Origin: a virus
DNA: 64,000 bases
Direction: 5' to 3' (one strand)
IMG/VR virus record: IMGVR_UViG_3300020048_000054
Span: 45,119 to 109,118 of that record
Part shown: positions 38,678 through 47,906 of the stretch, piece by piece
Position numbering within the stretch: position 1 is the first letter of the stretch
Layout of the letters: every line of letters begins with the position of its first letter
The notes under the pieces: generated by a model
The model's database searches: none
What the model was told of the DNA's origin: nothing
What the model saw: only the letters and a program-made list of their open reading frames with translations
Translations under genes and position numbers: made by a program

Positions 38678-38998
38678 TTACACTCCAAGTAACACTGTAA
38701 AGTTTATGACACTGGTTCGATGAAAGCTTTTCCAATCTCTACTTTCATTATCCCATACGGGGATGATGTCGGTATACCCTTGCGGATTTTGTATGCCTTG
38801 TGCATACTTTATCTTATACTTCCTAGGAAGTTTTCTTATATTCCTAGTACATCTTAGCGACCGAAACTGACCATTCAATCTTTTTCTAAAAAACACTTGG
38901 CACACATGGTTTTCAAGTTGCTCAATCATCCACTCGGTGGATGGGTTGATGATTTTAGTTAATTCTCTATTAGATATATCTCGAATGATCCCTACCAT
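38678..38998 (-). CDS. WYL_2/DUF2693 SH3-like phage protein
   Basis: V.F.K..G..R...CT.N...IPVWD.E...WKSF pattern. Confidence 0.7.
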   Translation of the reverse strand: MVGIIRDISNRELTKIINPSTEWMIEQLENHVCQVFFRKRLNGQFRSLRCTRNIRKLPRKYKIKYAQGIQNPQGYTDIIPVWDNESRDWKSFHRTSVINFTVLLGV

Positions 38999-39714
38999 CA
39001 GAACACCTCATCCCATACTCCCGACACTAATTTATGAGAGTTTAAATTACCATGTTCTGATTCTGCTAGATCTACATCATATACAGATCCCAATCCTCTT
39101 GCATGATTCACAATAGTTTGTTTGTGTTGAGTGAGACTTCTGATATGCTTCTCGTGTTCTGCTGATACTTCTGAATGGTGGTGTGCCATTCTTTGTTGAT
39201 CTTCTATGTTTGATCCAATTGGAGTAGCTCCACGAAATTGATTCATAGTCGATGCTTTAATAGCAGCAATTGCATCATTTGCATTTGTGTGTGAACTTTC
39301 CCACGCTGCTCTGTGCTTTTGAATTGCAGAATCTACGGAGTCGTGTACTGTTTTTAAATAATTTAAATACTTCGATGGCTTCTTGCCAAACGCACGATCC
39401 ACCAAATGGCGTATTGAATGTTCTTGTGTTGGGTGGTGTTGTGGAATTGGAACTAATGATTTTCCGATTCCTAGCTGATTAGTAAGAACTTCGTTTCCTC
39501 TGTAGTTTCCGCTGATATTATATTCTGCCATTCCTTTTGTATACTCAGGCTTATTGGCGAAGAAACCTAGTTTCCGAATATGTTTTGATATTGGAATATG
39601 AATGTCATCATGTACTATTTGTTGGTGTAATCTGTCTGCAGCATAACGAGGAGAAGAAGTAAAGTCCTTCATTTCAGTTAGTAATCCTTTTACATATTTA
39701 ATGTTATCATTCAT
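38998..39714 (-). CDS. His-rich hypothetical protein with leader ending LLTE (candidate internal virion protein)
   Basis: MNDNIKYVKGLLTE leader; last gene of the 40557-38998 cluster. Confidence 0.5.
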   Translation of the reverse strand: MNDNIKYVKGLLTEMKDFTSSPRYAADRLHQQIVHDDIHIPISKHIRKLGFFANKPEYTKGMAEYNISGNYRGNEVLTNQLGIGKSLVPIPQHHPTQEHSIRHLVDRAFGKKPSKYLNYLKTVHDSVDSAIQKHRAAWESSHTNANDAIAAIKASTMNQFRGATPIGSNIEDQQRMAHHHSEVSAEHEKHIRSLTQHKQTIVNHARGLGSVYDVDLAESEHGNLNSHKLVSGVWDEVF

Positions 39715-40138
39715 AGAAGTCTGGGTGCTCTTTTCCATACATTCTTACGATTCGACCAGCCATAGCATTTGCTTCATCTTCGTGTGGAGATCCAGTAGAA
39801 CCATCTAGATCATCACTCTTTTCGTGTTGTGCTTTATGAACCATCTCGTGTGCAATACTACGGCATATATCAAACACAGCTCGATCTTTGATGTAGACTT
39901 TTATCTCTCCAGTTTTCATATTGTAACTGGCAGTTGTCATCTCTGGTTCTCTTTCGTCGAGTAGTATAACAGAAGGAGTTGCTAAGTCAAGATGGTGTGC
40001 TGCGAATTTAACAAAGTCATCAACCCTGTCCTGCTTGTCGTATTGTTCAAGATGGTGTGCTGCGAATTTAACGAAGTCATCAACCTTGTCCTGCTTGTCA
40101 TATTGTTCTATTAGATATTTTGATATGTAATTTTTCAT
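39707..40138 (-). CDS. HExxH zinc metallopeptidase-like protein with leader MKNYISKYLIE
   Basis: RSIAHEMVHKAQ...EDEANAMAG; internal 20-aa duplication. Confidence 0.7.
   Translation of the reverse strand: MKNYISKYLIEQYDKQDKVDDFVKFAAHHLEQYDKQDRVDDFVKFAAHHLDLATPSVILLDEREPEMTTASYNMKTGEIKVYIKDRAVFDICRSIAHEMVHKAQHEKSDDLDGSTGSPHEDEANAMAGRIVRMYGKEHPDFYE
39987..40108 (-). repeat. 60-bp in-frame tandem duplication (EQYDKQD[K/R]VDDFVKFAAHHL x2)
   Basis: Two near-identical 60-bp units with few substitutions. Confidence 0.9.
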
Positions 40139-40557
40139 TTAGTATCTTTTTCTTTTTTTGGTTGTAGCTCTGTTAGTTTCTTATAGATTCTATTCTTTCG
40201 TGGATCTGTGGTTTGCCACCGCAGACTCGTCTGTGGAAATCTTGTCATGTGGTGATTCACTGCAGACGCTACATGGCGAAGTACATGCAACGTATCCTCT
40301 GTCGATACTCTAGTTGGGCGCACATAAGAATTGTTGATAGTGAATGCAATACTCGAAGAACTATGATTACCCGAACCACTGAATGGTCGATCCCATGAAT
40401 GTTCTTTTTTGATCGTGACAATCCCAACTGTCTTGTTATCTCTACCCACAAACTTATAATCGTGCTGAGTATATCTCGGATGGATCTTAGTATCTCCTAA
40501 AAATCCATGTGGAGTATTCTGAACCTGTTTTGCGGTAATGCCTTCAAATAGTCTCAT
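40135..40557 (-). CDS. Family-B basic protein (short MRLFE leader)
   Basis: Shares the F...V..HH....T.D.RK.RIY C-terminal pattern with 42504, 43075 and 57722; ATAAATA upstream. Confidence 0.6.
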   Translation of the reverse strand: MRLFEGITAKQVQNTPHGFLGDTKIHPRYTQHDYKFVGRDNKTVGIVTIKKEHSWDRPFSGSGNHSSSSIAFTINNSYVRPTRVSTEDTLHVLRHVASAVNHHMTRFPQTSLRWQTTDPRKNRIYKKLTELQPKKEKDTK

Positions 40558-40736
40558 ATAGGTATTTATTAAAAAGAAACCTCCCGTGCGTAGATCGGGA
40601 GGTCAATTCTGAGATACAATCCCAGAGAGTTACTTTTTATTTATATTGTTTTTGGCGCAATTACATTTCTTTTTTGTCACTTTAGGTGGTTCAACTTTTC
40701 GAAATGGAATTGGTGTGGGTTGTGGTTTCTTTGGAA

Positions 40737-41303
40737 TCATTCACAGTTCCATTTTCTTAGAGATTTGTTAATGCGCGAATCTGGATCACGGGCAGTCTTA
40801 GCAGAGGTTAGTTTGGCTTTCATTCCCTTCATACGAGAGCAGAATGATTTACGGCGTTTTGCTTTCTTAGAGCCAGGTTTTAATTTAGATGGTTCGGTTG
40901 TAACAGCAGTCTGTAGTTTAGAACCGGGGTTTGCTCTACGGTATGAAGCAACACCCTTTTCGTTTAAACCACCTTCTGGGTCTTTACCTTCTTTGCGCTG
41001 CCATGCTTCGGATTTTGCTTCTTCAATAGGAACGCAGTTTGGAACTTTCTTTCCACCCTTGTTTTTCATTCCAATGGCTTCATATCCTTTCCAACAAGCT
41101 TTTTTTAAACCTTTACTTTCTTCTTCCAGAGTACCAGCTAATTTTTCAATCTGTTTTGCTGCCTTTTCATCATGGGCAAAATGTGCCTTTACTTGACCAA
41201 CTGTTGGGTTTTTCTGACCAATATGCTTTGCTGCCAATTTAGTAATAGCATCTTTAGCAGCTTCTTGCATAATACCACGGATAATAGTCTCTGGATTGTT
41301 CAT
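40737..41303 (-). CDS. Modular basic protein (CWKGY...VPNCV module plus DUF6321-like module)
   Basis: KACWKGYEAIGMK.KGGKKVPNCVP; AWQRKEGKDPEGGLN...RRKSFCSRM...SLRKWNC; modules are separated by MQE/LEE/IEE. Confidence 0.7.
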   Translation of the reverse strand: MNNPETIIRGIMQEAAKDAITKLAAKHIGQKNPTVGQVKAHFAHDEKAAKQIEKLAGTLEEESKGLKKACWKGYEAIGMKNKGGKKVPNCVPIEEAKSEAWQRKEGKDPEGGLNEKGVASYRRANPGSKLQTAVTTEPSKLKPGSKKAKRRKSFCSRMKGMKAKLTSAKTARDPDSRINKSLRKWNCE

Positions 41304-41342
41304 AGGTTCTCCTTAGTATATAGAAAATCCCTAAATAACCGG

Positions 41343-42062
41343 ATGAAGCATTTTAGCCAATATATCACAGAAGAGCCAAACTTGACTCTGCAATACCACG
41401 ATACCCTCAATAAGAAGCTGTGGAGAGGTACTAATTTGAAGTCAGTGGTTCGCAAGAAGTTACTGCATATTGGTACTGCATGGGCAGCATGGGCACATAT
41501 ACCAACAGATGCAATACTGGATATCATTCTAGTTGGTGGTAATGCCAATTTCAATTACACAGACCACTCTGATGTTGATATTCACATAATAGTCAACAAG
41601 AAGAAACTTCCAAACTGCCCAGAGCTGGTGGATGATTACTTCAAAGACAAAAAAGAACTATGGAGTCTTACTCACAAGATCAAGATATATGGGCATGATG
41701 TGGAACTCTATGCTCAGGATAAGGATGCTAAACTCCCAAAGGATCAGGGAGCATATAGCATACAAAATGATAAGTGGATAAACCAACCAAAGCATCACGA
41801 TGTGGATATGGATAATGCTCACATTCAGAAGAAAGTTGTTGAGTTTAATAAAAAGATTAATACTCTAATAGCAACAAATGCCAGCGATCAATCTTTTAAA
41901 CAACTAAAAGATAAAGTAAAGAATATGAGAGCTTCTGGTCTTCAGAAAGCTGGAGAGTTTGCCTTTGAGAATCTTGTATTCAAAGAGCTGAGAAACACCG
42001 GAGTACTCGACAAGATGAATGAGTACATTCGATTACGCAAAGACGAAGAACTTAGTCTTTAA
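41343..42062 (+). CDS. Pol-beta-superfamily nucleotidyltransferase with capsid-targeting-like leader
   Basis: Start MKHFSQYITEE; LVGGNANFNYTDHSDVDIH (G-G/S...DxD) and VELYAQ motifs; CTAAATA late-promoter variant directly upstream. Confidence 0.8.
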   Translation: MKHFSQYITEEPNLTLQYHDTLNKKLWRGTNLKSVVRKKLLHIGTAWAAWAHIPTDAILDIILVGGNANFNYTDHSDVDIHIIVNKKKLPNCPELVDDYFKDKKELWSLTHKIKIYGHDVELYAQDKDAKLPKDQGAYSIQNDKWINQPKHHDVDMDNAHIQKKVVEFNKKINTLIATNASDQSFKQLKDKVKNMRASGLQKAGEFAFENLVFKELRNTGVLDKMNEYIRLRKDEELSL

Positions 42063-42063
42063 A

Positions 42064-42351
42064 TTACTTTCCAAGTCTCTTGCGAATCTCTGCACGAACA
42101 TTAATGGCTTCGTCCGTGTGATCTAGCATCTTCTTCTTTAGCATTGCAGCTTTGTCTTTGTCTCCAGCTTCCACTGCTGCATCATGCTTGACTCCATGAT
42201 CTGATGCGGATCGTTCGTACGTCGCAGCGAGTTTGCGGAGTTCTGCTGTTGGAGTGCCTGCAATCTCTTTAGCGGTGTGACTTTCAGAAACCATTTTGCT
42301 GTAGGTTTGTGCGAGTTTTTGATTTATTGGATCTTTGAATTCGTATTGCAT
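42064..42351 (-). CDS. Small basic helical protein (leader ending MVSE)
   Basis: Start MQYEFKD; CTAAATA just upstream. Confidence 0.55.
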   Translation of the reverse strand: MQYEFKDPINQKLAQTYSKMVSESHTAKEIAGTPTAELRKLAATYERSASDHGVKHDAAVEAGDKDKAAMLKKKMLDHTDEAINVRAEIRKRLGK

Positions 42352-42503
42352 AATAGTATTTAGTCTTCTTCTGTGTCTAACATATGGCATAAAACATATG
42401 CAAAAAATCCAGCAGCAATCATAGCGTCTAACACGAAGATACTTATTCCGATTTGTGAGTTTGTCATAGGAACAGGTATTTAGTAATATGGCTTTTAATT
42501 TAT

Positions 42504-43070
42504 CTATGATGGCCAGTCTCGCGGACCGAGAGGTCCTAAATATGACATATTTACGGCAGTAATACCAAGCTTTTTTGCACCTGCTTGATATATTCTATGT
42601 TTCTTTTTATCGGGTGTGTAATACATGATGTTCTTGATTCCACGACTTCGAACAAAGTGATGAATATGATCAAATGCAGCTTTTGTAACATGCGAAGGAA
42701 ATTTGTTACTTCCGACGGTACTAAAACTAAATTCATTAGATGGTCGATCTGGTTGACGAACTCCAAAGTCAATCTCTGCAATCGGGCCAGGATGGAATAG
42801 TTTATCGTACCTATGAGCCAACTCGTGAGCTTGATCAGAACTTACTGGAAAATGAGCAGGTAATCTGTGTCGTATTGCATGAAATCTATCTGCATCAACA
42901 CCAGAACCCGTGCCAAGAAGTGTTATGTTGGTTTGAACACCCGCATCTTTATTATGATAAAGCGCAAAGTCAGGAGCTTTTGAATTTGTTTCAAGATCAG
43001 GATGTTCATGAGATACCACACCGGGTTTGTCATGAAAGATCTCTGAAAGATATTGTTTAAAGCTTTTCAT
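42504..43070 (-). CDS. Family-B protein with leader MKSFKQYLSE
   Basis: Start re-set to 43070; clear paralog of 43075 (HPDL, IDF, FPSHVT, FDH.HHF, KK.R.YQ..AK.LG). Confidence 0.75.
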   Translation of the reverse strand: MKSFKQYLSEIFHDKPGVVSHEHPDLETNSKAPDFALYHNKDAGVQTNITLLGTGSGVDADRFHAIRHRLPAHFPVSSDQAHELAHRYDKLFHPGPIAEIDFGVRQPDRPSNEFSFSTVGSNKFPSHVTKAAFDHIHHFVRSRGIKNIMYYTPDKKKHRIYQAGAKKLGITAVNMSYLGPLGPRDWPS

Positions 43071-43074
43071 ATTA

Positions 43075-43614
43075 TTACATATCCCAATGTGATAGGCGAG
43101 TTCCCATGATATTCGTTGCACCAACACCAAGTCGTTTTGCTGCTCTTTGATATAGTCTGTCTTTTTTATCATTACCAGTTTCGTAGAATATATGATTCAC
43201 ATTATGAGAATTTATAAAATGATGAACATGATCAAATACCGTTCGTGTAACATGACTAGGAAACATCTTACCTGGCTCGGCTTTATTAAAGACCTGGACT
43301 TTTTTTCCAGGTCTACTTAAATCTTCTTCTTCTGTGCTAAAGTCTATTTTCGCAGCTCTACCGGAGTGTAAATCACCAATATTCACTCCCTTCATATACT
43401 TTCCTACTTCGTGATACATATGCTCCGGAATATCATTGTAGTTAAATGCTACTCCTCTTGTATGTGTTCCGTGTTCTTTGTTGTAGTAATGATGTGGACG
43501 ATCTGGTTCGTGTGCAATACTTCCACCATATCCCAAATCCGGATGATATCCACCCTTGATGTGTTCCTTTGGAGGAGCAAAGATCTCAGAGATGTATTGA
43601 GTAAAGCTTTTCAT
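43075..43614 (-). CDS. Family-B protein with leader MKSFTQYISE
   Basis: Paralog of 42504; translationally coupled to the upstream gene. Confidence 0.75.
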   Translation of the reverse strand: MKSFTQYISEIFAPPKEHIKGGYHPDLGYGGSIAHEPDRPHHYYNKEHGTHTRGVAFNYNDIPEHMYHEVGKYMKGVNIGDLHSGRAAKIDFSTEEEDLSRPGKKVQVFNKAEPGKMFPSHVTRTVFDHVHHFINSHNVNHIFYETGNDKKDRLYQRAAKRLGVGATNIMGTRLSHWDM

Positions 43615-44360
43615 TTGTTTTTTCTTCGTGGCATTTTTAATTTACCAGATACGATGTTAGAAGATTCCTCTGACTCTGGTCTGCCCCATTTCATAGTCAC
43701 GGGATGTGTTGCTATTCCTGACTTTTTAGCTGCTGCAATTGTTTGTGTATCGTCTGCACGAGTAGCCCAAATTTGATTATCAGGCATTCCATGTGCTGGT
43801 TTTGCTTTGCCAACCCTTAGCGTGGGTGGCACATGCTGTACCTTATTCTCAGGATCTTGTATCAACCCTTTCCACATCTTTACTGCACCAACAGTATTTG
43901 TATGACCAGACCATATTGTGTGATGGTTTGATATGTGTTTGTACATTTCACCAGGCACAGAGAATCCAACTTTCTTGGAGCTATGATCAGGATGTACAAA
44001 TGTTGCTCCTGAAGACCAATTTCCTTCGTTACTGTGTCCAAAAGCGGATGCAACTACACTTTTAGTTTTATTATGAACTGTTAGAAAATGGTGTGTGTAA
44101 TGCCCAACTCTTCTTTGAGGATCTTTACTATCCGCTCCGTCAGGATCATAATGATCTCCTCTTTTATTACTAGAACTATACACGGTATAGTCTTTTCCAA
44201 TAGTACCGATTGGTTTTATTGTTCTCTTTTCTGTTGCTGCATGTTCTCTCCATTGATCTTCATGCATACCAATATACGGTCTTTTTGTTTTGATACTGGG
44301 TTTGCTGAGATCATCAGACAATTCAATGTCTTCGGAGATATATCGAGTAAAGCTTTTCAT
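43611..44360 (-). CDS. Family-A GNAT-like protein with leader MKSFTRYISE
   Basis: VHPDH....G.SVPGEMYKHIS...IWSG..NT.GA..MW pattern resembles GNAT motifs A/B. Confidence 0.6.
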   Translation of the reverse strand: MKSFTRYISEDIELSDDLSKPSIKTKRPYIGMHEDQWREHAATEKRTIKPIGTIGKDYTVYSSSNKRGDHYDPDGADSKDPQRRVGHYTHHFLTVHNKTKSVVASAFGHSNEGNWSSGATFVHPDHSSKKVGFSVPGEMYKHISNHHTIWSGHTNTVGAVKMWKGLIQDPENKVQHVPPTLRVGKAKPAHGMPDNQIWATRADDTQTIAAAKKSGIATHPVTMKWGRPESEESSNIVSGKLKMPRRKNK

Positions 44361-45082
44361 TTTTTTTTCCGAGTTTTCTTCTTTGGCAACACTAACATTG
44401 CGCGTTTCACTGGAGATCCCCAATTCTCTTGGTCTATCCAGATCTTAGACGTAGGAACACCCACTGCAGGAACTCGCTTAGCACCAGAGCTAGTCTTGAA
44501 TTGCACGTTTGCGTCTCTGTCTCGAATGAGTCGTTCCCAGACATGAGCGCCACCGGGGCTTTGTTGTATGCCACTTTCGACTGCGTGTTTCTTTGAGATG
44601 TGTTTGTATATCTCAGCAGGAAGCGAGATTCCATTATCGCTATATCTGTGCCCCAATGCAGCATGAGTCATGGTGGGTTTATAGGTTCCACGCTTAGCAA
44701 CTTCGTTGTTCATGCCTTTACCGACTCTTCCGTAAGTTATTGCTGCGATCTTACCGCTCGTATTATGAACTGCCACATAGTGATGTGTGTCATTTAACTC
44801 GCGGTCTAATCGTTGTTCGTGTCCGGGATACTCACCTTCGTAGTCAGCGAGATTCGCGTCTTCACTCTTTCTATAATTGCCATGTCCTATGGAACTATAG
44901 ACAGTATAACGATCTCCGATTTTACCGAGCTTCTCTACGTTTCGACCATTTGCTATTGCATGCTTCTGCCAAGCTTTATGCGGGATACCAAGCACAGATC
45001 GAGGTTCACTTACACTTTCAGGATGCCCAACATCGTCTATTACTTCAATATCTTCGAGGATGTACTGTATAAAGCTTTTCAC
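44357..45082 (-). CDS. Family-A GNAT-like protein with leader MKSFIQYILE (GTG start)
   Basis: Paralog of 43611 (IG..YTVYSS, HH...VHN, LPAEIYKHIS, SG.QQSPGG..VW..LI.D); ATAAATA upstream. Confidence 0.6.
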   Translation of the reverse strand: MKSFIQYILEDIEVIDDVGHPESVSEPRSVLGIPHKAWQKHAIANGRNVEKLGKIGDRYTVYSSIGHGNYRKSEDANLADYEGEYPGHEQRLDRELNDTHHYVAVHNTSGKIAAITYGRVGKGMNNEVAKRGTYKPTMTHAALGHRYSDNGISLPAEIYKHISKKHAVESGIQQSPGGAHVWERLIRDRDANVQFKTSSGAKRVPAVGVPTSKIWIDQENWGSPVKRAMLVLPKKKTRKKK

Positions 45083-45205
45083 TATAAGAGTATTTATCTC
45101 AAAGAATTCTTATGGGGGAGTCTCATGGGTAGGAGTCCCTTGTTCAATTTAATCCCATCGAATTCGATGGGATTGGAGTCCCTTAAAGCTTTTCACTGTA
45201 ATGGA

Positions 45206-45610
45206 TCACATATCATTGGCATCCATTTGGACACCTTGACCAGATGGGACTCCGACTCCACGAACAGGAGTTTTGAGTGGTTTGTTTGGTGTGTTATATC
45301 CGCCAGTCTGTACTTTTCCATTAGACATTGGTTGATTACTCCACACTTCGCCACCTGCAGTTTTTTGACGAAGATTGTTAGGATTGCTCTGCATGTTCTT
45401 TACTGCTGCCTCTTGTCTCTGTTCTATTCTATCGAACTCTGCATCCTGCGGATCATATGCTGGTTTATTACCACCCATATTCGACATAGCTAGTCCTATG
45501 CCAGCTGTTGCTGCTAGACCAGCTGCTGCGTAACCTACCTTTTTCATGAATCCAGCTTCGTCTAAGCGTTGTTCTAGGATCTGACGATATTCTTCTTGAG
45601 TTCTAGCCAT
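45206..45610 (-). CDS. Small protein with leader ending LDE followed by a hydrophobic helix
   Basis: MARTQEEYRQILEQRLDE-AGFMKKVGYAAAGLAATAGIGLAM; perfect late promoter upstream. Confidence 0.7.
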   Translation of the reverse strand: MARTQEEYRQILEQRLDEAGFMKKVGYAAAGLAATAGIGLAMSNMGGNKPAYDPQDAEFDRIEQRQEAAVKNMQSNPNNLRQKTAGGEVWSNQPMSNGKVQTGGYNTPNKPLKTPVRGVGVPSGQGVQMDANDM

Positions 45611-45617
45611 AGTATAT

Positions 45618-45625
45618 TATTTATA
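45618..45625 (-). promoter_or_regulatory. T4-type late promoter TATAAATA
   Basis: Exact consensus 7 nt upstream of ATG 45610; gp33 is present in the window. Confidence 0.8.
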
Positions 45626-45927
45626 CGGGACTCCAACTAGGAGTCCCTTTCGATTTAATCCCGTCGAATTCCACGGGGTAGGAGTCCCATGCTAGGAGTC
45701 CCTTAAAGGATTTTTGGGGTGGGAGTCCCTGTAGGAGTCCCGGAGGGGGATTCCGGGTAGGGAGTCCCTTAAAGGAGTTTTGCGTCTTAAAGGCTTTTGG
45801 GGTAGGAGTCCCAGAGGAGGATTCCGGCTAGGGGAGGTAACTAAGAATTCTTTGAGGGGAGCAAGCTAGCACGAGGCTCCATCGGGAGTCCCATGACACC
45901 CCTGTACTGTTCGGACAGGTGTATTGC

Positions 45928-46710
45928 TCACTTGCGAAATGATGAATCTCCAAAGTCGATGCAGACAAGTCGCCCGCAATAGATTCCCACATTGCCACCA
46001 TGCATGTCAGCGTAGTACGGGCGACGACGACTCTCACGAAATGTACGAGCATTCGCGGGGTCAGTCTTGCGTCCGTCAACCTGATCGTCATCAGTCGCAG
46101 GAAGATCACGCAATGCATTCACAAGTGGCAGACATGCATTCAACTTGTCAGCGAACTCAGACGCATGCGCTCCAAAGGGATCATCGCCAGCCAATGCTTC
46201 AACAAGATCATCCCATGATTCGATCTTCTGTTCATCGCTGTTCTTGAACCACACGCGACTGAGAATGCTCACTGTCTGCATCTCTACGATGTGTGATGGA
46301 AACCCTTGACGTACTCGTGCTCTCTTCTGTGCGTATGTGTAGTCGCCCACGGGATCGTGACACACATCTGCGACTGCTGTCTCGTATCCGTACTGTGGGT
46401 ATGCACCGAGGTGCTGCGTTGCTGGGCACGTCCATACTACGAAACGTCCCACTGGCGGTGCGTACCCATGCTGCGCTGCTGCACGTTGGCGCACATACGC
46501 TACGACTGCATCCCATAGACTCGCAAAGAGTTTGATGGCAAATGAATCGTCGCGATTGGGTTCTGCACCATTCATATAGAATGCTGCTTCTGCGCCCATG
46601 CTCTTGCACTCAGTCAATGGTGCAATGTAGTGCGCGATCTCTCGCACATCGTACTTGATGCTCCATGCGCTTGTGGGGGTCTCAATATGATCAGGTAGAA
46701 TTCGTGTCAT
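45928..46710 (-). CDS. Minimal protein kinase-like (PKL fold) protein 1
   Basis: FAIKLF, YADMHGGNVG and VCIDFG motifs; start re-set to MTRILPD. Confidence 0.75.
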   Translation of the reverse strand: MTRILPDHIETPTSAWSIKYDVREIAHYIAPLTECKSMGAEAAFYMNGAEPNRDDSFAIKLFASLWDAVVAYVRQRAAAQHGYAPPVGRFVVWTCPATQHLGAYPQYGYETAVADVCHDPVGDYTYAQKRARVRQGFPSHIVEMQTVSILSRVWFKNSDEQKIESWDDLVEALAGDDPFGAHASEFADKLNACLPLVNALRDLPATDDDQVDGRKTDPANARTFRESRRRPYYADMHGGNVGIYCGRLVCIDFGDSSFRK

Positions 46711-46900
46711 GCTCTCATTGTACTCTATGCTTCTATGTAACACTAGTGCGATAAACAAGGTAGAAATCGTATGGTTTTCGAATAACATGTCGTTTCCTAG
46801 CTGGAAAACGCATAGTGCAAAGTTGATAGTGAATTATATTATCGGAACCACAGCACCACGGTATTATTGAACCCTTGTGGTTTCAGCTTGTTTAGCTCAG

Positions 46901-46929
46901 TTGACGCTGTGTGCCGCTTGTGGTATGAT
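46901..46929 (+). promoter_or_regulatory. Sigma70-type early promoter (near-leaderless)
   Basis: TTGACG-17-TATGAT with extended TG; ATG 9 nt downstream. Confidence 0.8.
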
Positions 46930-46938
46930 GGGACGCAT

Positions 46939-47562
46939 ATGACTACCACTTTCACTCCTCAATTCTCACCTCTTCGCACCTTCACGCATCACCTGATGGG
47001 AAAGGTTGATGTGTATGTAATGCGCCGCAACACGCGTGTTTCAGCTTCGGGTATTCAGGCTGAGTTTCTCATGAACAATGCAGAACCAAATCGGCGCAAT
47101 CACTACGCGCTCAAGCTCTACATCACCGCCAGTGAAGCATTCGCGGCGTATCAGCGCCAGAAGATCGCCGCTGCAGCGGGTGCTGCTCCGCCAGTGCGGC
47201 GTATGGTGATGGTGATGCGAAACGGTCCATGTCAATGCGGAAACATCAACGAATGCACTGGCACTTGTTGGTGTCGTGGTCGCATCATGTGGGGATATCA
47301 AACATGCGTGGCTGCGCGTATTGGTGTCACATGGGGTGTGACTCGCGAAGGTGATACTAGCGATACAGGTATTCGCAAGCTGTACACCACCATGCGTAAT
47401 CTCAACACCATTGGTACGCAGCGTGATGACAAACCATTAGGTGTAATGCACGGTCGCAAGTATCTCATGGTGTGCGATCTGCATGGTGGAAACATTGGAT
47501 TCTGGCGCAAGTCGCCAGTCGTGATTGATTTCGGTTCGGACATCATCAACATCGGTTTATAA
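46939..47562 (+). CDS. Minimal protein kinase-like protein 2 with Cys-rich insertion
   Basis: YALKLY, CDLHGGNIG and VVIDFG motifs; CQCG..ECTGTCWC insert; paralog of kinase 1. Confidence 0.75.
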   Translation: MTTTFTPQFSPLRTFTHHLMGKVDVYVMRRNTRVSASGIQAEFLMNNAEPNRRNHYALKLYITASEAFAAYQRQKIAAAAGAAPPVRRMVMVMRNGPCQCGNINECTGTCWCRGRIMWGYQTCVAARIGVTWGVTREGDTSDTGIRKLYTTMRNLNTIGTQRDDKPLGVMHGRKYLMVCDLHGGNIGFWRKSPVVIDFGSDIINIGL

Positions 47563-47571
47563 GGAGACACT

Positions 47572-47751
47572 ATGAAGACTCACACAATTATCATTCTGCC
47601 TGACGGCGAAACTTGGAATACAATCGGCGACTGCACCATCATGGTCATAGACGATAAACAATTCAAAGAACTTTGCGAGGATCAAGTCAGGGCATGCGAG
47701 ATGAAACCTGTTGCAGCACTTTCGTTCAATGATTTGGAAATTGGTTCATAA
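47572..47751 (+). CDS. Small hypothetical protein (59 aa)
   Basis: AAGGAG RBS; hand translation MKTHTIIILPDGETWNT...LEIGS*. Confidence 0.6.
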   Translation: MKTHTIIILPDGETWNTIGDCTIMVIDDKQFKELCEDQVRACEMKPVAALSFNDLEIGS

Positions 47752-47759
47752 GGAGCAAT

Positions 47760-47906
47760 ATGGAAATGCAATACTGTGATGATTGTGGGTGCGAACTTGC
47801 AACACGCGAAGAGCGTGTTGTCGTGCCAAGTCTCTCTCGCGACATTGAAAGCGCAAACAAGGGAGAATCTGCTGTTCTCTGTCTCATCTGCTACATGGGG
47901 GTTTAA
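47760..47906 (+). CDS. Small CxxC...CxxC zinc-finger-like protein (48 aa)
   Basis: AAGGAG RBS; MEMQYCDDCGCEL...LCLICYMGV*. Confidence 0.5.
   Translation: MEMQYCDDCGCELATREERVVVPSLSRDIESANKGESAVLCLICYMGV

Larger units (their letters stand above)
45115..45892. repeat. GGAGTCCC repeat and palindrome array
   Basis: Forward copies at 45132, 45175, 45640, 45681, 45695, 45722, 45734, 45761, 45805, 45885; reverse copies at 45246 and 45627; 24-bp perfect palindrome at 45151-45174. Confidence 0.9.

Noticed and set aside
45115-45892. CRISPR array or integron attC array interpretation of the GGAGTCCC repeats
   Set aside because: Repeats are only 8 bp with irregular spacing, there are no constant-length spacers, and no cas or integrase gene is in the window.
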